A DNA stretch of 64,000 bases from NCBI GenBank assembly GCA_013288565.1, contig JABDBP010000002.1, positions 17,997 to 81,996 on the forward strand, given 5' to 3'. Of this stretch, positions 8,096-16,600 are shown piece by piece. Position 1 is the stretch's first letter. Each line of letters begins with the position of its first letter. Source of the DNA: Alphaproteobacteria bacterium. GTDB taxonomy: Bacteria > Pseudomonadota > Alphaproteobacteria > Rickettsiales > JABDBP01. A program made the position numbers and the translations under genes. The notes beneath the pieces are model-generated. The model did not search any database and was not told the DNA's origin. It was given only the letters and a program-made list of their open reading frames with translations.

Positions 8096-9853
8096 ATGAC
8101 ACCCGAGACAAAAGCATTAGTGGAAGCAGTATCTAAGTATGAGAAAGATGTTTCTGCTGTTCACCGCTGCCTCGATGCAGGGGGTGATCCAACCTATCGA
8201 GACGAGCGCATACCAAGCCTATTACTCACTGCTTGCGGCAGTGAATTGAATCCAGAGGTAGTTACTCTAGTGGCGCACCGGCTCAAGAAAATCCCAGATA
8301 AGGAACTAGTTAAACAAATTGCCAATCAATCCGATTTCTATGGAGAGACGCCGCTTGGCAAATTATGTTGCGGCAATTCCTTTCCTCCGGGTTATGCGGA
8401 TGCCGTGTGCTCTGTGCTTGAAATCGGCGCTGATTCCAATCCGTTGCATCGGCGCGATGGCAAGAAATTACCGATTGAGTTATACAAACATATAGATAAT
8501 CCAGAAGCAGCCAAAACGTTGGGATGGATGCTCGTGTATCTATGTGAGAGTGCTCCTGGCTGGAATAAGCGACGTAGCCAGTCCCTGCGTGATACCGTTC
8601 TGCATGCCAACCGAAAACCAGAAGATTTTCGTGGATTCCTGGAAGTAGGCATCAAAGCCTATACGTTGTGCTTTGGATTTGATTATAGCCATGAAGACCC
8701 GGTATTTCATATCCAATTTGGAAAGTTGATGGTACAATGTGCGCAAAAAGGGCATTGGTCAGAGCAACACAGAAATACTGCATGGTACGCACTTGATTAT
8801 TGCCGTGATGTTCGTGATCTGCTGACTGATGTATCGACACGTCTATTGCTACCTCAGCTATTGCTGACGACAAAATTGCACGATAATAAAGATTTTCTCC
8901 GCAAACTCCCCACCCAGCATCTGGTAAAGAAATTATTGCCTGTAGCGGCAGAACTTATCTATCAAGGAAAAATTGTAGATGGTGTGCTGGGCGTACTCAA
9001 AAACTGGAACGACCGCCGACCCGAATTTCCAAATGAGCTTAATCCTCTTGCCTCCAGCGGGGCCTGGTATTCTCTCACTAAAGAATTTGTTGTGCCTGAA
9101 GGCCAGGCTAAAGGAATGCGTGTCGTATGCATGACAGATAGCGCTGCATTGAAAACGGAAAGCAAGGAATTGAAACATAGTGCCGAAAACCTTATACCTG
9201 ACGCATTGAATGGCCACTCGCATTTCTTTTCCATAAGAAATAGAGCCGGGCAAGTATCCACTTTTGTTATTCGTCGAATAGCAGTAAATGGGCGTTACGA
9301 AGATGTAATTACAGTTCCTGGTGCTTTTAACGATGTGGCTGCCAAACTCTATATGGAACAGCACCGAGGTTTTAGAAATGAGACCATACTGCCGGAAGAA
9401 TCAGTAGCTGCGTATCAAGTATTCAAGCATGCTATTGAGACGAAGGCGTTAGGAGTAGAGTTGGAGAAATCGGGGGAAACAGCTGAGAGTAAGGTTTCCA
9501 AATCCCATATTCCACCTGTATTATTACAAGTTGGTAATTATATCAGCCCGGAAATGGTACAGAGCCGCTTCAAGCATTATGCTGGAGCAAAAGGTGTCGC
9601 CTTTGTACCGAAGGATAATAGTTTTCGCCAGTGTGATACGCATCTCATTTCCGGTGAAGGAATAATTACTGATGTAGATGGCCGCAAACAGACCAGAGCC
9701 TTACGCGATATGACAGCGATAGAATGTTTCAAAGCCAGTGATGTTGATGACGGGATCAGAGGAGTTATTACCCAAGTATATCCTTCGCTGGCGATGCAGC
9801 TAAGTCGTGGCGATACAACGATAGAATTACCGAAGGAAACACGGTTTATATAG
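8096..9853 (+). CDS. Orphan 585-aa protein with degenerate ankyrin-like N-terminal repeats and a possible PcfJ-like central region
   Basis: ATG at 8096 (the track ORF starts at a TTG at 8063). ANK-like VHRCLDAGGDPTYRDE and GETPLGKL...VLEIGADSNP. Central ALKTESKELKHSAENL...GHSHFFSIRNRAGQVSTFVI. Confidence 0.55.
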   Translation: MTPETKALVEAVSKYEKDVSAVHRCLDAGGDPTYRDERIPSLLLTACGSELNPEVVTLVAHRLKKIPDKELVKQIANQSDFYGETPLGKLCCGNSFPPGYADAVCSVLEIGADSNPLHRRDGKKLPIELYKHIDNPEAAKTLGWMLVYLCESAPGWNKRRSQSLRDTVLHANRKPEDFRGFLEVGIKAYTLCFGFDYSHEDPVFHIQFGKLMVQCAQKGHWSEQHRNTAWYALDYCRDVRDLLTDVSTRLLLPQLLLTTKLHDNKDFLRKLPTQHLVKKLLPVAAELIYQGKIVDGVLGVLKNWNDRRPEFPNELNPLASSGAWYSLTKEFVVPEGQAKGMRVVCMTDSAALKTESKELKHSAENLIPDALNGHSHFFSIRNRAGQVSTFVIRRIAVNGRYEDVITVPGAFNDVAAKLYMEQHRGFRNETILPEESVAAYQVFKHAIETKALGVELEKSGETAESKVSKSHIPPVLLQVGNYISPEMVQSRFKHYAGAKGVAFVPKDNSFRQCDTHLISGEGIITDVDGRKQTRALRDMTAIECFKASDVDDGIRGVITQVYPSLAMQLSRGDTTIELPKETRFI

Positions 9854-9909
9854 TACATTTACGAGGTGGTGGAGTTTATTAAGAATGTGGAAGGATGGTA
9901 TGAATAGGG

Positions 9910-9966
9910 CTTTCCCTGCTCTTGATAATAATTCCCTGTAAATACCGCGCATAACAGGGAATTTGA
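9910..9966. repeat. Second cluster of the same TTCCCTG motifs downstream of the orphan gene
   Basis: CTTTCCCTGCT at 9910-9920, TAATTCCCTGTA at 9929-9940, inverted CAGGGAATTT at 9954-9963. Hairpin AATTCCCTG-N16-CAGGGAATT. Confidence 0.7.
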
Positions 9967-10106
9967 CTGCGGAGAGAGACATTCGCGCTAGACTCCCTGC
10001 ACCGCCACCTATAACTCAATGGGTTACTGGTATTTTCAAACAGACTGACCTATCGTATAAAACTATCCGGCAACCATATGGCAACCAGCTGAATCGGTTT
10101 CGTAGC

Positions 10107-10835
10107 TTAATATTCTATATTCTTTCTTGCTTTTTCCTCAAAGGCTATGTTGAAAGCAATTGATATGCGCTCGGTTTTTCCACGGAAAGGGATAACATAG
10201 TGCTCAAGGTGACTGGGGAACATGATCATAGAACCTTCAATCGGAGGCACGTTGACGGTTTCATAATGCCCGCGTATGGGCCATACATGCGCCCGTGACC
10301 TGGGATCGCATAACGCAAGAAAGCCGGCATTTTGTATATCACTTTTTGCCTTTGCTATATCACCGGTGTGAACATAGTAAACACCGCTGACATTGGAATT
10401 TGGATGGATGTGCGGCGCAGAAAAACCGCCCTCCCGGATTAACACTGACCAACCCCACAAATGTATATTGAAAGGCCAGACTTTATCTAATGCTTCGGAA
10501 CTATCATGCTTCCACAGGTCTTTTATATAAATCTTAAAATTATGGTGAATGAGGTTGGCAAGTTGCTTTACCGCCAGGTTTTTGATTTCGAAAAACTTTG
10601 TATCCGAATGGTAGCCGCCTTTTATTGAATTGACTTTTGTGCCCTTGCCAGCCTTCTCCTGTTCAAGAATAAGGCTTCTTAACTTATCATTCATCTTATC
10701 TATTTCCGGCCCTACATGCTCTTTGCGCAGGCAGATGGTAGGAAATAAGTTAAGAGCCCCGCCCCTTTCCTGGAACAAGAACTGCATATTTTCCTGCTTC
10801 TTTTTTCCGGCAGGCTCTAATTTTATGATTTCCAT
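10107..10835 (-). CDS. Putative 2OG-Fe(II) oxygenase (TIGR02466-like family)
   Basis: SAPHIHPNSNVSGVYYV and MFPSHLEHYV.P......RISIAFNI match the family signature as I recall it. Confidence 0.75.
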   Translation of the reverse strand: MEIIKLEPAGKKKQENMQFLFQERGGALNLFPTICLRKEHVGPEIDKMNDKLRSLILEQEKAGKGTKVNSIKGGYHSDTKFFEIKNLAVKQLANLIHHNFKIYIKDLWKHDSSEALDKVWPFNIHLWGWSVLIREGGFSAPHIHPNSNVSGVYYVHTGDIAKAKSDIQNAGFLALCDPRSRAHVWPIRGHYETVNVPPIEGSMIMFPSHLEHYVIPFRGKTERISIAFNIAFEEKARKNIEY

Positions 10836-10920
10836 AATGGCTTCTCTTATATGAATAATATGGCAAAAGTCAAAGGAATTAGGGCTTTACAACAGGCAGA
10901 TATATTTTAATATCACCCAT

Positions 10921-11664
10921 ATGAAATTTTCTGAACTTATAGCTCCTGTAAAAATGCCGGAATTTAAGAAAAAAATTCTGGCAGGTGAAACTTTTGTTAT
11001 CAAAGGCAAGAAGAAAAAATTTTCCCACCTTATCAGCCTCGCTGAAATTGAAGCGGTGCTAAATAACGGCTGTAATACCAACCTACCGGTGGAAATGATA
11101 GTCAAGGGAGGCAGAGGCACGGTAGCGGATACGAACATTTTGTGGGCGCCGGTTTCCTTAAGGAAAAAAGAAATTCTACAGCTGATTAATGAAAAAAACA
11201 GCATGCTGATGCGCAATATGTCGCAGATTACCCCTCGCGTTGCCGCCATGATTGATGAAATTGAAACGGTTTTTGAAGGCGCCCATGCCGATGTGCATCT
11301 TTATATGTCGCTGAAAAAAAGCAGCAGCGGCTATAATGCCCACCGCGACCGCCCCCAGCATAAGCTTTATCTCCAGGTTATCGGCAGCACTATGTGGAAA
11401 GTTTTTTCGCACAGCAACGACCTTGATGACGAAATAGTGTCGGTGAAAGAAGAAGATGAATGGAGATATCTGAAACAGGAGAAGGAATTCACTCTAGAAG
11501 CTGGCGATATGCTTTATATGCCACCGGCAACCTTCCACAAAGTGCGCAACGAGGATGGCCCGCGCATATCGCTCAGTATTCCTTTTTATGTTCCGGAAAA
11601 GCCATATAACCGGATGGACAGAACCTATATTCCGTTTAAGAAAATTTTTGAATCACGCTCATAG
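10921..11664 (+). CDS. JmjC/cupin-4-like Fe(II) oxygenase
   Basis: HxD in YNAHRDRPQHKLYLQVIG, a distal His in MPPATFHKVRN, and the cupin-like LEAGDMLYMPP. Confidence 0.65.
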   Translation: MKFSELIAPVKMPEFKKKILAGETFVIKGKKKKFSHLISLAEIEAVLNNGCNTNLPVEMIVKGGRGTVADTNILWAPVSLRKKEILQLINEKNSMLMRNMSQITPRVAAMIDEIETVFEGAHADVHLYMSLKKSSSGYNAHRDRPQHKLYLQVIGSTMWKVFSHSNDLDDEIVSVKEEDEWRYLKQEKEFTLEAGDMLYMPPATFHKVRNEDGPRISLSIPFYVPEKPYNRMDRTYIPFKKIFESRS

Positions 11665-11696
11665 GCCAGTCGTGCCAGGGTTAAACGGCAAATCCC

Positions 11697-13397
11697 TTAA
11701 AAGTGCCAGGCAAGGCTTGCAAAGACGCGCGCGTCTTTATTGCCTTCAGCTTGCACATTGCGGCTGATAGGCAGGGCAGCCTCAAGGCTGCCGGAGATAT
11801 TATAACCAGCATTAAACCTTACACCCGCGCCTGTATCGGTAAGGCTAGCCTGACTTGGTTGCCCGGCCACAGCATTATTATTCCATACTTTACCGGCATC
11901 ATAGAAGCCATATAGCTGATATGAAGGCAGATATTTGATATCTGTTTGCTGGTTGAACTGCAATTCGCCACGGCCAGCAATACCGCTGTCACCGCTTATT
12001 TCAAAACTATCATAAGCAGAGCCGATGCTAGCACCGCCCACACCGAATTCCTCCGAAGCAAACAGTGTATCATTAGAAGCTTGCCCTGCTGCTTTTAGTT
12101 CCACAGAGAATGGTCCAAAAACATTCTGTATGCGATCAAATTCAAAATTGGCTTTCATGAAATCCTGTTCAGCATTCGCCCTGGAATGAGCAACATTATT
12201 AGTAACGTCAAAATCCAGGCCCTGGCTGCCATGCACTGAAAGCCGGTTAAGGCCAGAAAGCGGATCAGCAAAATCAACGGTGCCGCCAGCGCGCAGCGCC
12301 CTGATGTTGTCCTTATAGCTTGGCACAACCGGTGAGGTTGATCTGACGTTACGGTAATCCAGGCTTGCATCACCTATCAGGTTAACTGAACGGGAGCGGA
12401 TGAAAGGATGTTCCAACCCCACAGTTAATGATCGGCTTATGCCCTCAATACTCAAAGGGGCGAGGCTGGAAGAGGGGTTTGAATCGACATAAGAAGCGGC
12501 AAGATTCAGTTTGGTTCCTTCCGAATCCAACTGCTCCTGGTGATCCAGTTCAAAATATTTCAGTTCATCAGTATCCGCGGTGACGTTGGTGTGGAATGCG
12601 GTTTTATCATAAATGCCAAGAACGTTATTGAATTGCACGTTGAAGTTGCCTTCCCATGGTCCAAGGTATCTGCTGCCACGATTATCAACCCCCACGCTGC
12701 CTTCCACCATTTTATTAGTGGTTTTGATAACCAGGTCAGATGCGCCCGGAGTTGCAGATGGGCTTAGGTACCCGCGCGCTGTCACGCCAGGCAGATCACT
12801 AGCCAGCAAAAGATAACGCTCAAGCGATTGGAAATTCAGCGGCTTTTCATTTTTTATCTTATCGGCATATTCCTCTATAAGCGGGCGGGATTCTTTTTTA
12901 TCGCTTTCGACTTTTACTTTGCCTATATGCCCACCAACAATCCGCACTATTACATGGCCATTGTCTATTTTCTGCGGGGGGATAATAGCGCTGGAGAGGG
13001 CATAACCCTGGTTACGCAGCTTGGCGGTTATTTTATCGGCCATCTCATGCAGGTAAGAGAGCGACACTTCCTTACCGATATATTCTTGATAAATAGACTT
13101 TATATCTGATTTTGAAAAATCCGTGGCACCTTCAACCGAAACCGATTTAAGCACGAATTTCACCTTATCATCACTGCTGCCTTTGCGCTGGGCTTTGCCT
13201 TCCGGTGCAATCAAAGGCTCATTGCTGATATCTGGTTTTTCAATAGGTTTGAAACGCTGGTCCTGGCGGCCGGGATCAACGGTATTGGGGATGACTTGCG
13301 CCGTAGCTGCATTTGCAGAGAATATAAAAACCAGCAGCGCTATTAAAATGGAGAGGCGGCTTATTTTTTCACTTTTTATAATGTGCTGAACATTCAT
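11697..13397 (-). CDS. ShlB/FhaC/HecB-family two-partner-secretion transporter (TpsB)
   Basis: Signal peptide ...LVFIFSANAATAQV, POTRA-like FVLKSVSVEGAT.FS, C-terminal beta-barrel ending ...VFASLAWHF. Start at M11 with SD GGGAAGGG. Confidence 0.9.
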   Translation of the reverse strand: MNVQHIIKSEKISRLSILIALLVFIFSANAATAQVIPNTVDPGRQDQRFKPIEKPDISNEPLIAPEGKAQRKGSSDDKVKFVLKSVSVEGATDFSKSDIKSIYQEYIGKEVSLSYLHEMADKITAKLRNQGYALSSAIIPPQKIDNGHVIVRIVGGHIGKVKVESDKKESRPLIEEYADKIKNEKPLNFQSLERYLLLASDLPGVTARGYLSPSATPGASDLVIKTTNKMVEGSVGVDNRGSRYLGPWEGNFNVQFNNVLGIYDKTAFHTNVTADTDELKYFELDHQEQLDSEGTKLNLAASYVDSNPSSSLAPLSIEGISRSLTVGLEHPFIRSRSVNLIGDASLDYRNVRSTSPVVPSYKDNIRALRAGGTVDFADPLSGLNRLSVHGSQGLDFDVTNNVAHSRANAEQDFMKANFEFDRIQNVFGPFSVELKAAGQASNDTLFASEEFGVGGASIGSAYDSFEISGDSGIAGRGELQFNQQTDIKYLPSYQLYGFYDAGKVWNNNAVAGQPSQASLTDTGAGVRFNAGYNISGSLEAALPISRNVQAEGNKDARVFASLAWHF

Positions 13398-13635
13398 AGC
13401 AACCCTTCCCATATAATATATTGGCATAACTGACTGGCTTATAACGGAGTATTAGTTATACGCAACACAAAGTTATCTCCCCCTTTATTTTTTTAGCATT
13501 TAGTAGTTGCAAAGTTTACCGATTAAGAATAGAACTACCCCCCGTTGTAACAAATTAGCAACAGGTGGGTGGTTAATAAGTTTTCCATTCCGAGTTTGTA
13601 CATATTAATAAAATAATCATAGTGAGAGGTTTTAT

Positions 13636-16600
13636 ATGAAGTCGATTTTCAATCAGAACTGTGGTTCAAAGAAATTCAATACGCAGCTTAAAACAACCTC
13701 TCTTTCCCGAAAATTATTTGCTTCGCTCGCAATTACCAGTGCGCTTGCAGGGGTATCAGCAAAGGCAAACCCGGTTGGCGGCCAAGTTGCAGCTGGCAAT
13801 GCCCAGATCAATCAAACCAACCCAAATGTAACAACGGTTACTGAGACCAGCAACAAAGCCCTGATTAACTGGCAGAGTTTTTCTATAGGCCAAGGCCAGC
13901 TTACTGAGTTTATTCAACCATCATCCAGTTCAATTATTGCTAACCGTGTTGTGGGCGTTGACCCATCCAAGATCCTGGGGGCATTAAAGGCCAATGGCCA
14001 AGTATACCTGATTAATCCGAATGGAATTTTCTTCTCAAAGACAGCAACGGTTGACGTCTCCGGTTTGATTGCCAGCACCGCTGATATAAAGAACAGTGAT
14101 TTCATGGCGGGCAATAGAAACTTTTCTATTGCCGGCAAGCCAGATGCATCGGTTATAAACCGTGGCACCATCACCGCTAGAAATGCCGGCCTGGTTGCCC
14201 TGGTTGCGCCGGGAGTTGAGAATTCCGGGATTATCCAAGCCAATATGGGCGCTGTGGTTCTTGCCGCCGGTGAGACCGCCACATTTGATTTCTATGGCGA
14301 TAAACTAATCAATTTCACCGTTACTTCCCCTGCAACATCAAAAGCTAAAGATGAAAATGGCAACCCGCTTCTTGCTGCTGTTTCCAACTCCGGAACAATA
14401 AATGCAGCCGGTGGCCAGGTATTGATTACCGCCAATGCAGCCAAAGCCATTGTTGATAATGTGGTGAATATGAATGGCATCGTTGACGCAAGTTCCGCCA
14501 CAGTTGTTGGCGGCAGCATTGTGCTTAACGGTGGTGATGCAGGCACAGTTAATGTTGCCGGCAGCATTAATGCGAAAGGCACGACCGGCGGTAATGTTGA
14601 TGTATTGGGCAACGAAGTTGTTCTGGCTTCTGGCTCAATCATTGATGCTTCTGGCATAAATGGCGGCGGCAAAGTCCGCATCGGTGGTGATTTCCACGGC
14701 CAAGGCCCATTAAACCCGGCAAAAACAACCACAGTTGAAAATAATGCCATAATAAGGAATGACGCCGAAGAAAATGGCGATGGCGGCACGGTTGCCATCT
14801 GGTCTGATGAAAAAACCATATTCCAAGGAAATGTTTCGGCAAAAGGCGGCGCGAATTCCGGCAATGGCGGATTCGTTGAAGTTTCCGTTTCCCCGACAAA
14901 TGGTAAAGGTTATTTATTTGATGGCAAGGTTGATTTGAGTGCTGCAAAAGGAACCGTTGGGACATTACTTCTTGATCCGGACAGCGTAACTATTGGAGAT
15001 AACCCCGGTGCTGATGATGGAAGCTATACCGGTAACATTGCATCTGGCGATAATCCGGGTGCTAACATGGTCATCTCACATGGGGCAGTTGAAACTGCAC
15101 TTAGCACGGCAAGTGTTGATATAGAAGCAGTAAACTATGTTAGTGTTACTACTGCGATTGATGTTTCTGGAAGTTCAGGAGCTGCAACCCATAGCCTGAC
15201 GCTTGGCGCAGATACAATAAATGTTAATGCTGGTATAGCACTTAATAACGGCGATCTTAACCTTAACGGCGGCACCGCAGTCAATATCTCCACCAGCGCG
15301 ATAAGTCTTGGTACTGGTAATTTCAATGTGCATAGTGTTGGTGGCTCAGGCAATACCAGTTCTTTCACCTTTGATTCCGCCAGCACAATAAATGCCAATA
15401 GCGTCAACATAAATGCCGATCATTCAACCATCAGCGGCGCTATCACTGCAGGCGGCCTAGTCTCCATAATTGGTGACAGCGTCGCAGGCAGCGTACTCGT
15501 TGATACCGGCACCATCAGTGGCGCCGGTGCAGTTGATATAAGTGCTGGCACTGTAAATATTGCCAGCGGCGGCTCGGTAACCAGCACCGGGGATAACATC
15601 ACCTTAAGCGCTGCCACGGCAACAATCGCTGGTTCAGTGAACGCTAACTCCAACCTTGATATCAGCACCACAACCAGCCTTGACCTCAACAGTACACTAT
15701 CATTTGGCGGTATTCTTACCAGTGCTACCGGCAACCCGCTGGTCAATATTGACAGCAACAGTGCAAGCATAAATCAGGGCATAGCCTTGGTTACCAGCCT
15801 CGGCACGGTAAGCCTTGCTGATAGTACTACCTATAACCAGCAGGTGGATATTAATAAGCAGATAACACTTTCAGGTGCCAGCCAGGCCGGCACGGTAATT
15901 GATGGTGGCGGAAACTCGCCTACATTATTAATTGATGGCGGTGGCACTGGCAGCATCATAAAGAACCTTACTGTGCAGAATTCTGGCCCTACCTCTAATA
16001 ATATATATATTGATCCAAGCGCTACTGGCGTGACTATTGACCATGTGACCGCACAAAATGCCGGCAATGATAATATTTATGTTGGCGGTGATAACGCAAC
16101 CATTACCGGAGTAACTGCAAGCGGTGCAGGTACCGCAAATATAGAGGTAGGGGCGGCCAATGTTTCAATCGACCAGTCAACAGTAGAAGGTGCTGTTCAC
16201 GGTTATGGAATTCTCAATGATGGTGTAACCGGACTTTCCATCACCAACACTACATTCGATAGTAACCAAAACTTCCAATATTTTACCACTGGCAGCGCCA
16301 CCCCTGCGGATCTTGATAACCTGATCAATACCGGCGGCAATACCTTCAAAACCGCGGTGGTTCTTATCGAGCCGGATAATGCAACCCTGCGCACCACAGG
16401 CATATATTCGAAGATACAGAATGCGGTTAATGATGCCCAGACAGGCGCGCCCGGAGATATAGTTAAAGCCTATGCCGGTGATTACAATGAAGGACAGATT
16501 AATGTAAACACTTCTGGAATTACCATAGAGGGCAATAACGTTGGTATAGCTGGCAACTCTCATTCCAATCCTGAAACCAACCTGGTTAATAATACATATT

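Noticed and set aside
7991-9966. Interpreting the bracketing repeats as integron attC sites or IS/transposon terminal inverted repeats.
   Set aside because: There is no integrase or transposase, no GTTRRRY core, and no target-site duplication that I could identify. The repeat clusters differ in copy number and spacing. I kept this as an open finding rather than calling it a mobile element.
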